Assembly: GCF_046119375.1 (NCBI RefSeq)
Contig: NW_027362763.1
Span: 240,684,001-240,748,000, forward strand
From: Phyllobates terribilis
Lineage: Eukaryota
Reading direction: 5' to 3'
Length of the DNA stretch: 64,000 nt
In this document: positions 1 to 14,170 of the stretch, piece by piece
Position numbering within the stretch: position 1 is the stretch's first letter
Layout: every line of letters begins with the position of its first letter
The notes under the pieces: generated by a model
What the model saw: the letters and a program-made list of their open reading frames with translations, nothing else
Told to the model about the DNA's origin: nothing
Database searches by the model: none
Position numbers and translations under genes: made by a program

Positions 1-1201
1 AAATTCTATGGTGAGAGTAGGAGGGAGGAGGTAGATGCAGGCACAGGCATCCTGCTGAAAGATTTCCCCGAAACATCAATTACAGTTCTCCATAGAACTT
101 TATGAGCACCAACTGTCACCTCCTATCTCAGTAATGGGAAAGTCGATATTTTCTGAAGACAGTTTTTACCCACGAATCGAGAATTTTGAGAGCAGCAGAT
201 TTCTTAGATAAGATATATTACAAAATTTCTTATTTTCACTTGTACTATCAATTTGGAAAACTAAAATTAATATGGTGGTTACTCCCCCCCCCCCCAATTC
301 TGTTACTACCAGGGCAAATCTCTGATAAGTAGGGCATGCTACAGTTTTTAAGATCATCAGTATGCCCTCGGAATCCCACAGCTTTTATCTGCATTGTAAA
401 CAGGATTACTAACAATCCCATTCACCACAATGTGACATCTACCCCTTGTGACAAATTACTGCAGCAAACAAAATACAAAAAAAATCCACATGTGAATATA
501 TCTTCTATAAATACAACAGGATCAGTTGTAAATGACATTTGTTCCCTTTTTCCTGTGTAGTTTGCTCTTTAACAGGATTTGTGACACACATTGCATGCAC
601 AGTCCACATATCATTGGCTGTGTGCAGCTTACTGACTGTGTCAGTGCCATGCAGTGAAAAAATAGACAACCAATAGATTAAAAGGCATTTTAGGACACTG
701 GGTTATTAACAGGGATTTTGGCAGTGCCCTGTAACGTCAGTCGTTAAGCTCGCAGTGTGGGAGCTGGGCTGGTCCTGACCATGCGCACGCTTGCCGTTCT
801 AGAACTGCAGATAAAATGATGGAGTATTCTCACACTGCAGTGCCTTTACTGTACGGTACAACACGGGGGCTCGCTGCATGCTCTTATCCTGAAGGAACAG
901 CAGCTTCTATTACAGGCGGCACAGGAGCACATTTCTGCTGACCTCCAAATGTGTACAGATTGCAGAAAGCAGATCAATACGAGCTAGTGCAAAGCTTCCC
1001 CGTGCCTTAGCAAAGAAGGGTCAGCAGCTTACAGTGACCCAAACCTAGAGTTTATCCAAATATTCAGGCACGTTATGCAGTATATCAGTACTCAGAAATA
1101 GATTATAGTGTTGGCGTTAAAAGGGCAAGAATTTGGGTCAGTTTAAAGGTTATCCAGTTGTATGAACCTAAAGTTTAATGGGGTAATCCAGCTATTATCA
1201 C

Positions 1202-1233
1202 TAGTGATGATCGAGCATGCTCGATCATCACTA
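1202..1233. mobile_element. 32-bp minimal hAT-type element (perfect palindrome, TIRs only)
   Basis: TAGTGATGATCGAGCA+TGCTCGATCATCACTA is a perfect palindrome, flanked by the 8-bp direct repeat ATTATCAC (1194-1201 and 1234-1241). Termini match the TAGTG(A/T)TGAGCGAG MITE family seen elsewhere in the window. Confidence 0.85.
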
Positions 1234-1540
1234 ATTATCACCTATCTACACTACTATGGCCCCCAGCGATTACCACAATGGGGTACATTAGTCCTTTTTT
1301 ATCTAATACGGATACTATAGGAAGGAGTTTGGAGGGAGAGATAATTAAACGTGCTCGCTGTCGCTGTATATAATGAGAAGTATGGAAACAGCTGAACATA
1401 GGGTATTGGGTATTGGGTATCGGTCAGAAAAGACTCCCCAATACACAAGCTCATATGATCTTTATGTGTTAGGTATATTTGTAACTCAAAACTTCAAGTG
1501 AAAAAGTGATAAATGTTATCAGTAGTGGTGCTCCTTTTAA

Positions 1541-1943
1541 GGGAACCTGTCACCATGAAAATGCAGCCCAATCTGCAGGTGCCATGTTATATTGCAGGAG
1601 GAGCTGAGAAGATTGATATATTGTTTCGTTAGAAAAGATTCAGCATAACTTCACAGTTTTATTAATCTAAACCTCTGATCTTTCTGGGATTTTGGGTCCA
1701 GTGGGCGGTCCAGTCAGTGACTGACAGCTTCCTTTGTATAAGTGTCTATACAGACATAGCGATCAGTCACTGATAGGACCGCCCACTGGACCAAAGATCC
1801 AGAAAGACCAGAGGTTTAAAAGATTAAAACACAAGTTATACTCAGTCTTTCCTCACAAAAATGTGTATCGGTGCACACATCTCACCCTGCTCTATAAAAT
1901 GTGGCTGCAGATAAGATGGCATTTTCATGGTGACAGGTTCTCT
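1541..1943. mobile_element. TTAA-target MITE (T2/Kolobok-like)
   Basis: TTAA-GGGAACCTGTCACCATGAAAATG ... CATTTTCATGGTGACAGGTTCTCT-TTAA terminal inverted repeats with a palindromic interior. Confidence 0.8.
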
Positions 1944-2061
1944 TTAATCAGTGTATAACAAGTACACTTTTGTCTAACTTTACAACTCCTGGTTGCCTTA
2001 CTTTGCACCACTTTTTGTCTTTAAATTTTAACACAATTTACCCATGTTTTAGGATGCACCA

Positions 2062-2506
2062 ATCCTCTAAGTGATAGTCGTGAGTCACATCAAGTCACAC
2101 TTCCTCCACTGTAGTGACACTCAGGACCCGCAATGAGCAGTGTGATGACAGCCAAAGCTTCCCCACAGAATGCAACTGAGACCTTGCGCCCCCCTCCCAT
2201 ATAGCCAGTATACTTACGTCCAAGGGTTCCCACTTTACCCCCATTCGGTATTCCAGTATCATGCACACTCACCACACAGCTTCAAATACCTGGTCTGATT
2301 ATAAGTATCAATACTTATTTCTCTCCCATCTCCCTACCATTATACGCACATCCAGATCTGCTGTTCCATGCAGGGCTATTCACATCGGTCACCATCTGGA
2401 GACCTTCTCTTCATAGCTGGTTGCTAGATCTAATGCACCAGCCACAAGCCAGACATCATGCGCTCATGAGCCACATGACTCCCGAGCCACATGTTGTGGA
2501 CCCCTG
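2062..2506 (-). mobile_element. Degenerate non-autonomous hAT element, same family as 28286-28809
   Basis: The reverse complement begins CAGGGGTCCACAACATGTGGCTCGGGAG and aligns by eye with 28286-28809. The left terminus is eroded. Confidence 0.6.
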
Positions 2507-3208
2507 CTAAAAGCTATGCCCCCTTGTCAAATGAGGTGCAAAAGCACATAATAAATAGGTCTAAAACTTAATACATTTTGCTACATAATGTTACATCAAC
2601 CAAAATATAAGTTCAAACACATTATCAAATTGTATCCAAAAACAAAAAGGTACAAATGAGGCACTAATGCCTTCTAGAAATGTAAAGCAGTCAGTGGTTA
2701 TCCTGTAATTATCATAAAGTTTGAAACTCTGGGTCACATTTACTAAATCTATTATATATACAGTGTAAACCTAGACTAGACAGTCACATTGGCTCATGCT
2801 GGATGGTAAATTTGGCACATATTTAGGTTCTTTGGTTTAAGTTTATGCTGCCTCTTGGTTGACTTACTTTTAGACCCATTCTTGTACCAAAATTTGAATG
2901 CATATGAGCTTATCTTAAGTCACACTACTTTTTGGGAAGCTCTGCCCCTTGTTTGGCTAGAGGCAAAAAGTGTCTTAAAGCCTAATAATTGTGGTGTTCT
3001 GCATGACCCCAGAATTTTGTCTTTATTTGAGAAAATCTGCTTCATTGTACTACTTGCTACAATGCTAATTGCCTGACTAGATTTGAAGTCATTGTGGGAG
3101 GTTTTAGTACAATAATCACACTAGGGAATATTGACCATATCGCCGAGAACGAAGAATTAAACTCTAACTGTATCTATGTAATAATGCTGAGAGTATTCAC
3201 CATATTTT

Positions 3209-4803
3209 ATGCTCAGCGTAAATGAGTACACCCTATTTGAAAAGTAATATTGTATAGAATATCTCAGTGAACATAAGAACAATTTTCAAAATTTGACTGA
3301 GTTTCATAGAACACTTTTTTAACCAATAACATGTAAGGTTAATAATATAACTTACAAAATCTTCGGTTTTACTCAAATTAGTTGATGCAAAATGAATACA
3401 CCCCACGTCTAAAACTACTACATCTAGTATTTTTGATGACCTCCATGGTTTTTAAGGGCTACACCAAGTCTTCTAGGCATGGAATGAACAAGTTGTCGAC
3501 ATACTGCAATATATTTTTGCATTTTTCACCTCTTTTAGAGCCTGGATGCTGGATGGAGTGTGATGTTCAATGTGTCTCTTCAGAATTCCCCATGGGTATT
3601 CGGTTGTGTTCAGATCAGGAGACATACTTGGCCACTGAGTCACTTTAACTTTTCTTGTTCAGAAATGCAGCAGTGGCCTTATATGTGTGTTTTGGATCAT
3701 TTTAATTTTGGAAAAGTGCATGACAACCGGGGGTATGGAGTGATTGTAACATCTTCTCTTTTAATATGGAGTAGTAATCTATGAATTCATGATACCATCA
3801 ATGAAATGTAGTTACCCAACACCAGCAGCACTCATGCAGCCCCACATAAGGACACTGCCACCACCATGTTTCACTGTAAGCACCATGAATTTTTATTTGT
3901 ACTCACCTTTGCAACACCATAGAGTTTGGAAGCCATCAGTTCCAAAAACATTTATTGTGGTCTCCTCACTTCAAAGTATAGTCTTCATATTTTTCAGTAT
4001 AGTCCCTGGCAAGTTGTAGGCAGGCTTTTATATGCTTTAGCTTAGGAGAGGCTTCCTCTGGGGACGACACCCATGCATGCCATTCATCTGCAGTGTACAC
4101 CGTATTATGTCACGGGAAATACTCACCCTGGTTTTGGATTTCTAATTCATTAGGTAACTGCAGTAAACTTGCATTTCAATTTCCTTCAACCCTTCTCGTC
4201 AGAAATGCTCCTGTTTAGGTTTTAACTTTCATAGTCGGACTGGACATCTCTGTGAGATGGTTGCAGTTCCATCTTTGTTAAATTTTTGTATCACTTTTGT
4301 TACAGTATTCTGACTGATAAGTAAAGTTTTGCTCATCTTCTTTTAGCCTTCAACTTTCTCATGTAAAGAAATTATTTTCTTTTTCAGGTTTTTTAACATT
4401 TCTCTTCCATATGGTGCCATTGCTGAAAGCATGTAATAGGAGTCGGTTTTCTTTGTTAAGTAACGCCCTTTTATAGTCCTCTGTCTGCTGGACGTTTGTT
4501 TAAAGAATAATTAGACTAGTGGTTGAATTCTTGTTAATTAGAATTTTGAAGTCTAAACTTTAGCTTTACGCCTAAGACTTTCATTGGGGTGTACTCATTT
4601 TTGCAACATAGCCTTGAATGAATTTGTTAGAAAAATTACTTTTTTTTTGCTGCGAAAATTAACAAATCTTGTTTTCAATCAATAACCTGCATTTTTTGGA
4701 AGTATTTTGTAGAATGGTATCCTATAGAAAATGTTGATTCTGAAAGGAAACTAAAGGTTTTCTGACAAATCTGTTGGGGTGTACTTTTTTATGCTCAGCA
4801 ATG
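3209..4803 (-). mobile_element. Degenerate Tc1/mariner element
   Basis: Ends GCTCAGCGTAAATGAGTACACCC / GGGGTGTACTTTTTTATGCTCAGCAATG-TA, with inner TIR repeats near 3392 and 4586. Minus-strand transposase remnants such as KVKVTQWP and LFGTDGFQTLW are broken by stops and indels. Confidence 0.8.
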
Positions 4804-4825
4804 TAAGTACCAGAGGAGTAATAAC

Positions 4826-5125
4826 TAGTGTTGAGCGAGTATGTTCTATTAACCCTTTCGGAGAGTATGCACTGGCTGAGCACCGAGTATTTACAGCTGC
4901 TCGGTGATGTGTTTGAATCGCTCCCGTGTGCATGATTTGCAACTGTTTGACAGCTTTATTACATGGGAGGAATGTCTATTTCTTACACATTCCTCACATG
5001 TAATAAAGCTGTCAAACAGTTGCAAATCATGCACACGGGAGCGATTCAACCATATCACCGAGCAGCTATAAATACTCGGAGCTCGGCCCGAGCGTACTCG
5101 GACAGAACATACTCGCTCAACACTA
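4826..5125. mobile_element. hAT MITE, TAGTG(T/A)TGAGCGAG family
   Basis: TIR TAGTGTTGAGCGAGTATGTTCT / AGAACATACTCGCTCAACACTA, 8-bp TSD GTAATAAC on both sides, long internal palindrome. Confidence 0.92.
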
Positions 5126-5461
5126 GTAATAACCTTACTTGACAACATTATTATGATACCTATCCTTTTTCTTATATGTGTACCTTCTGTTAATGACGAA
5201 TGCAATAGAGAAGGGGATAATAAAAGGAACATCAAGAGTTTTTAGAATTTGAAGCCATCCAAAATTTCTTTAATAGAGATAAATAATGCATTTGCCAACC
5301 TGTTAATTGATGCACACAACTGAACTTGGTACAAGAAGCTTGTACGGCAATGCGAAGACGCTGTACAACTCCTTATTAAGGAGCTATAAGGCCTCCATGT
5401 GCCGCAATCCAGGCTACGACAGATAACATCTCTGAGGAGGCTTTTTCCATGTATCTTCATA

Positions 5462-7077
5462 CAGTGCGTTGTGAAAGTATTTGGCCCCCTTGAACTTTTC
5501 TACCTTTTGCCACATTTCTGGCTTCAAACATAAAGATATAAAATTCTAAATTTTTTGGGAAGAATCAACAACAAGTGGGACACAATCGTGAAGTGGAACG
5601 AAATTTATTGGATATTTTAAACTTTTTAAAAAAATTAAAAACTGAAAAGTGGGGGGTGCAATATTATTCGGCCCCCTTGAGTTAATACTTTGTAGCGCCA
5701 CCTTTTGCTGCGATTACAGCTGCAAGTCGCTTGGGGTATGTCTCTATCAGTTTTGCACATCGAGAGGCTGAAATTCTTGCCCTTGCAAAATAGCTTGAGC
5801 TCATTGAGCTTGGATGGAGAGCGTTTGTGATCAGCAGTTTTCAGCTCTTTCACAGATTCTCGATTGGATTCAGGTCTGGACTTTGACTTGGCTATTCTAA
5901 CACCTGGATACGTTTCTTTTTGAACCATTCCAATGTAGATTTTGCTTTATGTTTGGGATCATTGTCTTGTTAGGAGATAAATCTCTGTCCCAGTCTCAGG
6001 TCTTTTGCAGACTCCAACAGGTTTTCTTCCAGAATGGTCCTGTATTTGGCTCCGTCCATCTTCCCATCAATTATAATCATCTTCCCTGTCCCTGCTGAAG
6101 AAAAGCAGGCCCAAACCATGATGATGCCACCATGTTTGACAGTGGGGATGGTGTTTTGAGGGTGATGAGCTGTGTTGTTTTTACGCCAAACATATAGTTT
6201 TGCATTGTGGCCAAAAAGTTCGATTTTGGTTTCATCTGACCAGAGCACCTTATTCCACATGTTTGGTGTGTCTCCCAGGTGGCTTGTGGCAAGCTTCAAA
6301 CGAGACTTTTTATGGATATCTTTGAGAAATGGCTTTCTTCTTGCCACTCTTACATAAAGGCCAGATTTGTGCAGTGTGCGACAGATTTTTGTCCTATGGA
6401 CAGACTCTCCCACCTCAGCTGTAGATCTCTGCAGTTCATCCAGAGTGATCATGGGCCTTTTGGCTGCATCTCTGATCAGTCTTCTTGTTCGAGATGAAAG
6501 TTTAGAGGGATGGCAGGGTGTTGGTAGATTTGCAGTGGTCTGATACTCCATCCATTTCAATATGATTGCTTGCACAGTGCTCCTTGAGATGTTTAAAACT
6601 TGGGAAATTTTTTTGTATCCAAATCCGGCTTTAAACTTCGCCATAACAGTATCTCGGACCTGCCTGGTGTGTTCCTTGGTCTTCATGATGCTCTCTGCAC
6701 TTGAAACAGAACCCTGAGACTATCACAGAGCAGGTGCATTTATACGGAGACTTGATTACACACAGGTGGATTCTATTTATCATTACCAGTCATTTAGGAC
6801 AACATTGGATCATTCAGAGATCCTCACTGAACTTCTGGAGTGAGTTTGCTGCACTGAAAGTAAAGGGGCCGAATGATATTGCACGCCCCACTTTTCAGTT
6901 TTTAATTTGTTAAAAAAGTTTAAAATATCAATAAATTTTGTTCCACTTCACGATTGTGTCCCACTTGTTGTTGATTCTTCCCCAAAAAATTAGAATTTTA
7001 TATCTTTATGTTTGAAGCCAGAAATGTGGCAAAAGGAAGAAAAGTTCAAGGAGGCCAAATACTTTCACAACACACTG
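5462..7077 (-). mobile_element. Tc1 transposon with about 215-bp TIRs
   Basis: TA-CAGTGCGTTGTGAAAGTATTTGGCC ... GGCCAAATACTTTCACAACACACTG-TA, with TA target duplication. Confidence 0.95.
5682..6686 (-). pseudogene. Tc1 DD34E transposase pseudogene
   Basis: ORF 5970-6686 has the paired-like HTH region and WSDETKIE. A premature TAA stands where QQDNDPKH is expected. SPDLNPIENL and the terminal KY-stop lie downstream, with indels. Confidence 0.9.
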
Positions 7078-9157
7078 TATATAAGACATCTCATGGAGAG
7101 TGTCACAATTTTTCTGTCCGATTCATACCGATTGTTGAGCAAATAATCCTGTATCCTATCATTTGCGACTTATAAACCTAATCCTCTTTTTGATTTAAAA
7201 AAAATATCCAGTAGACTAGACTGACCTTAAATTGGGCATTCCACCAAAAACATTTATCACTAGTCCACTGGATTGAAGGGAAAGCGACGCTGGTATTTCC
7301 ATTCATGACCACAGATGAGAGGTTTCTATATTGAGTGGGCAGTGGGTTAAAGAATGAGTGGTTATTTCAGTGACACTGAACTTTAGGAGTCAAGGCAGGG
7401 GTACACGTCTTCTGGAATTGGTATGGTATGAATCAAAAATTGCACCATGTGACCCTGGTCAAAAGAATCTGTCAGAACCCGACATACTCCACTGTAAAGA
7501 CCTTTTATATGATCAGCAGAATTAATTCTTGACCCATGTAAACATGACCAGTGATCAGCAGACCAACATGCAAGCACTTGTCGACCGATCACAGTAATAA
7601 ATAGTCAATAAATAGTAATGCAGTAATAAAAGTCATTGATTGTTGTCAGCTTGCCCTCAAACAGGCATGTGCTGGCTGCAATAATGGAAACTATGGAAAC
7701 TAACGATATTTAGTAATGATCATTAGTTACCCATTTAGTTTGCACAGTATGATCCACTTGCTATGTTGTTCATGGGTGCTTGTTTTGGAGAAAAAATCTG
7801 TCCTTGTAAAATGACTTGAAGTCAATGGGGTCCCAAGGGTGGTAGTGGCGTGACAGAGGCATTACACTGCATTGTATTCTTTGTTCTTATCAGAATAATA
7901 TCACAAGGCATCTGAATGGGCATTATGTACATTATGCAGTAGAAATGAAAGTGTTATCAGCCTCAACATCCCCCAGCTACTTACCAGGTATCCCACCACA
8001 ATCAGCTGATCATCAGACATCTTCCTTTAAAAGAGGTAGATTAGTTAGTGCAACATCATTAATTCAGTCAGGTGTTAGCCGTGTGAATTTTTTTTTTCTG
8101 TCAATTACATTTCTGTTCTTTCTTTTAGCAGGGCATTTAGGGATTACAGGGTTCTGATTCTTTTATCACTGGATCTGTCAAGGTTATGGAACCTCAATAA
8201 AAATCCCCCCAGAGGCTCTTAGTCCGGAAAAAAGTTGGCCATGTGGGTAAGGGATGTAATAGCATAATAGAAAAAAAATACTTTATTTAAGCAGTAAATT
8301 TCCCACCATTCCAGAGGATAAGAAAAGGTCCTTTTTTATTTCATTACAGTTTCTCTCCTTGCCTAACTCTTATCTCAGAAAAACATCTTCTGTAAGAAAA
8401 TATACATGTCATATAGGTGGACCTACATTTGGGATGTCCTCTATGTGCCAGGACAAAGGCACTCTGTAGTGGACAAGTTTTCCCATGTATTTTAGTTAAA
8501 TCCTATCCATTTTTATGGGGCTCAAACTCCTCCAAAAGTGGAAATTTCTCAGTCAGTTCTATCAAGGTGATTTTTTATAGGTCAATACAGTGTTTGGTTT
8601 TAAAACTGATGCGGGTAGTGATAATTAATTTAGGACTTAGTTTAGGTTTTGAAAGTCTGAAAAATAAATATATACGATCTCAGCCTTAAAACTACAGGCT
8701 CACTAGGAGTACATACATACATGTATGATGTATACAGGCTGGTATATCGTGCCCTTTTTCACTCAACATGCCAAAGACAACTGGAGCTTTTGGCTTCCGC
8801 AAAGACTAAGTTAATATTGTGTGTAATTTTGTATAGGCTTACATTATTCTGTGATGGGGGGGGGTCTATAATATTCACATAATATGCTTTCTACTTATGT
8901 CAGTCTAGGAACACATGTGTGATTTAAAGGGTCAGCATTGGGAAAAGCGTATAGAGGTTGCAGTTTTATGTCATATTACCCTTACTTTGGCCTTTTTTGC
9001 CAAGGTGCGGCTTGTATCTTCTATTGAGATTTCTGAAAGAAAAACACATCATGTACGTGCACCAAAAAAGCCAGAGACGCCCAAGTGCAGTAATCACCTA
9101 GACAATGTTAATGTTGCCTTCTATTGACTAAACGGACAGTCTCACATTTGGATGGGA

Positions 9158-9250
9158 TGATTATTATTATTATGCTTGGTTATGTATCGTCATCATTTTA
9201 CACAGCGTTTTACGAAATTTTTCATCACTGTCCCCACTGGGGCTCGCAAA
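9158..9250 (-). mobile_element. 3' fragment of V-SINE-like SINE
   Basis: CTGTCCCCACTGGGGCTC and an (ATT)n tail resemble the 3' part of the SINE at 57358-57629. Confidence 0.4.
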
Positions 9251-11819
9251 GGAATGAAGAGTTATGCTAGCCATACATATTAGATTAATGTTAAAGAGGT
9301 ATTCTCACAATCACATCCATGGCTTATGTTATTAAACTCATCTATACAGTAAACTTTTCAATTGCAAGTAATTAAAAAATATATATTGCTTACAACCTAC
9401 CTGTGGTATTACCTTGTTTCCCCTCGCCACGTCCTTCAGACTGGTCGAGCATGGACACCTTGTCACCATCTGCTCTCTATTGCCATACTGTGTCTCCAGC
9501 AGTGCAGGCATTGTAAGCATGTGCAGTAGCGCCATCTACAGACAGGGTGAGTATTTGCATTGAAGAGTACAGGGATGTGTTCAGAGCATACCACACTGGA
9601 ACTGAAGCTGGAGGTACATCTCCTCCTTCTCTCCATGATTTTCTTGCCTGCGCCACTCCAGTCAAGCTTGCATGGTGCAAAATCATTTTGGGAACTGCCG
9701 AGTGGTGCATAGTTAACACAGAGCAAGCAAAATACGGTCCACTTGAATCACCAATGAAATGAATTGCAAGCGCATGGGGACTTCTAGGAACTGTGGTTCC
9801 CTGTTAGAAGTGAAAGTCACATGATAAATTAAACAGCTGCCTACTGTGCTGTGTGAAGGAAGATGAATGGATGGTCGAAGAGGAGAGATGAGCAGATTGA
9901 TCCGCAGAGGATTGCGCTTGAGTCTGAAATTTGCAGTTCCAAACAAATTTGAATACTTTGAGAGTCAACTCATGATTTTCAAAAAAAAAAGGTTGCACCA
10001 TTTCTCCCAGTATTGAAGCATCAATGAGCGGGCTAATGCCGGTTTGCATCGCCAAGTGGCTTCCCCATAATGCCCAACAGCTATGAAATCACATTCCAGT
10101 TTATAAATCGGATTGTCATCCCTTGTACAGTAGTACGCAGCACATCACTAGTTCTCCGGAGATCTTCGGTTCCCAATGGAGCACAGTCGGGTGCAGGATT
10201 GGTAGTATGTATGACAAAGATGTATTCCATCTCCAGATTCATCGGGTAAGCGGAATAGACAGATCATATCGAAATAAGATGTTCCTCTCTTTTCTCTGCT
10301 GTTTCCGTCCCTTTTCATGTCCTGTACTGAAATCCACCTGTGTTTATACATTGCAAATAAAATTTTGCGGGATAATTTAGCAAAGGCAGCAAAATCAAAT
10401 TTCAACAAATCCGCTCATCTCTGTAGAAGAGGAATCAAAATGCATAGGAAGGTTATGTGTGCATAGAGCAATTTGTGCTTTTGGGGAAACTATTGATCAA
10501 GGGGTAACCCCTTTAACTGCACCCACCAATTTCATCAGGACCAGCCAATAGTCTAATGTCTATGCATTTTTGCTCACAGGGGAGATAAGCTGTTCCCAGA
10601 GATACCTAGCAATTGTTTTCTTTTCCCATACAGAACACATACACACTCAGCAGCTCATGTACGTGGGGTTGGTGGAGATAGTTTATTGGCAGAAAAGTGT
10701 TTAACTGACAGGAACAATACCTAGTGTGCAGGGCCAACCTTAGAAGATTCCATCACAATAATGATCTTTATTCCAACCTCAGTCCCTGAAGATAATGGTT
10801 ACAAACATCATGTGAAGCATGACAAAGTGACATGTACGCACTGTAATCCAGTGCTTTGGCTTGCAGGGAACTGGAAACCAAGTCACAGGTGTCCAATAAG
10901 AACTAAATAATTCCCTCATTCCCAAGATAAAGAACATGTTTCATCTAGAGAGTCAGATCGGCTGAAATTTTTAACAATTCCCATGTGAGACCGCACTATT
11001 CTCATTTCCGGTAGAAGTGGTCCGAGCGCACTTCTTAAATGGTAAAATGACCTTAAACACAAGTTAACTTGTCATTAAGGTCATTCTAAGATTTTTTTTT
11101 CCCTAGTCTGCCCTTTTATACTATTACTTTTTTACCTTAGTATAGGGTTATATTCATCGCAATTATGTGTAAATTCACTGACTGTTGATTTTCCAACCAC
11201 ATCTGCTTGAAGTTAACATAGGGAAGCCGCAGATTTCTGCCCGGATGCTATGAATTCACAAGACCTGATTAACTTAGAAATAATTACGTACTCTCCATTT
11301 ACTTTGCTTCCGTAATTTGCTTTTTGTGTTCTTTTTTTTATTACGAAGACACTTAATGAAATAACATTATCTGTTACAGAATTAAATGCCTGGCAGAATC
11401 TAAGCTGTTAAGTGTATTAATACTAACCTAACCTCACATTAAGAATACATCACTCTTATACTTTCTGAAAGACCTTATTATATTTTAAAAGAAATTGCTG
11501 TTGCATTTTAACACTAAACATCACAAAAACTAAAAAGTAAAAAAAAAGGCTCACGAGCTTAGTAGTCTGGTTGCTTTACATCAATAATACAATGGGATTT
11601 TAAGCATACAGTCCTGCTCATCGTTATTGGCACCCATGAAGTTTAAGTACATAATGTGGAATATTTCCTGAAAAAAATGAATCAAGTGAAACAGTTTTTT
11701 TGTATAGAGCCCTGGTGTTACATACAGAAGAGCAAATGATGAACAATAATTTAAAACAAAAAACAATTGGAAGGAAAAATAGAAAAACCTAAAGCTTGCT
11801 GTGTCACTGATATTGGCAC

Positions 11820-12123
11820 TAGTGATGAGCGAGCATGAATTATTAACCCATTCAGCAAGCACGTGCTCGCTGAGTATTTGCAGCGTGCTTGGCATCGATG
11901 TAAGTGTCGCAGCATCTGCATGTGTCACGACTGTTAAACACCTGTGGCACATGCAGGGATGCCTAACAAACAGGCAATCCCTGCATGTGTCACAGGTGTT
12001 TAACAGCCGTGACACATGCAGCCGCTGCGACACTTGCATCGATACCGAGCACGCCGAAAATACTTGACGAGCACCTGAGCGTGCTCGCTAAAAGGGTTAA
12101 TAATTCATGCTCGCTCATCACTA
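11820..12123. mobile_element. hAT MITE, TAGTGATGAGCGAG family, inserted in the Tc1 left end
   Basis: TIR TAGTGATGAGCGAGCATGAATTATTAACCC / GGGTTAATAATTCATGCTCGCTCATCACTA; TSD ATTGGCAC (11812-11819 and 12124-12131). Confidence 0.92.
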
Positions 12124-12301
12124 ATTGGCACCTTTTACATTAATTTAGTATGGAAACACATTTTGACTCGCCTGTGGTAAATCACAAAAGAGATTCTCCT
12201 GTGATTAATTGTCTGTGCCCATGTGACATGAATTAGCCAATGAATGATGACTTCAGTGTTTTAAAAAGCCACTTGGTAGGCTTTGATCCTTTGTCACATT
12301 G

Positions 12302-13319
<1,018 letters not shown>

Positions 13320-13973
13320 TTAGGGGTGCCTTTATTGTTGCACATGTTGTTTATTCTGTTTTTTTCTTTGAAATTGCAACATGGAAGTTGAAAAACAATG
13401 TTTTATTGTTTTATTACTTTGGACCACTAATTAAAAAATCTTGAGGATATAGCTTTGGTACATTTCCATTCATTTTGGAAGATATTGTCTATGAAAAAAA
13501 TGAAGGGGTTCCAATAATGATGAGCAGCACTGAATATATCACCTCTCAGCTTGTAGATTCTCCTTTGATATCTGTTTGTAAAGGTCCTCAGATCCCAAAA
13601 ATTCCTTGTGCTGTAATACAGTAAATACTAGAATGGCCAGAGGGGTTGCAGCTGCATCTTCTCTCTCTTTGTTTCTGTGAAACTACATGCTGTGAGAGGG
13701 AAATAAGAAAATTAAGAAGATTCTTGATTGACGTAGAACATCATGGGATCTGCTTTACCAATGAGCCCAACTATTGGATGCAGCAGTCACATGCTGGAGA
13801 CGTGACATCACCGCTACAACTGTGTCAACAAATACACGTGGTATACACATTTCAGAAGGGATTACCACGTTTGCAATTAAATCAAATAACAATGGTCTGA
13901 TATTCTATGGGTGCCAACCCTGTCGTAGACCATTTTATTGAACCATCAATAAGGAAAATGGCCCATTCAACTA

Positions 13974-14170
13974 CTTTCTTAAAACAATCTTCTTTATTCA
14001 AATTTCTATTAAAATGCCATTAAAATATGTATTCTACATGGAAAGCAGACTGATGAGTTTCTGGCAGTTGTAGTGTCTTTAGTCGTAGTCTGCACTCCAT
14101 GCAGAAGACATAGTTTTAATGGAATTTTAATGAAAGTTGAATAAAGAAGAGTGTTTTAAGAAAGAAATAA
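13974..14170. repeat. Imperfect inverted repeat (about 75-80 bp arms) around a small structured core
   Basis: TTCTTAAAACAATCTTCTTTATTCAA...GCAGACT pairs with AGTCTGC...TTGAATAAAGAAGAGTGTTTTAAGAA. Confidence 0.7.

Noticed and set aside
10131-10245. Plus-strand exon candidate (CAG...GTAAG), with a similar one near 27055-27123
   Set aside because: Open frames exist, but I recognise no homology and they conflict in strand with other candidates.
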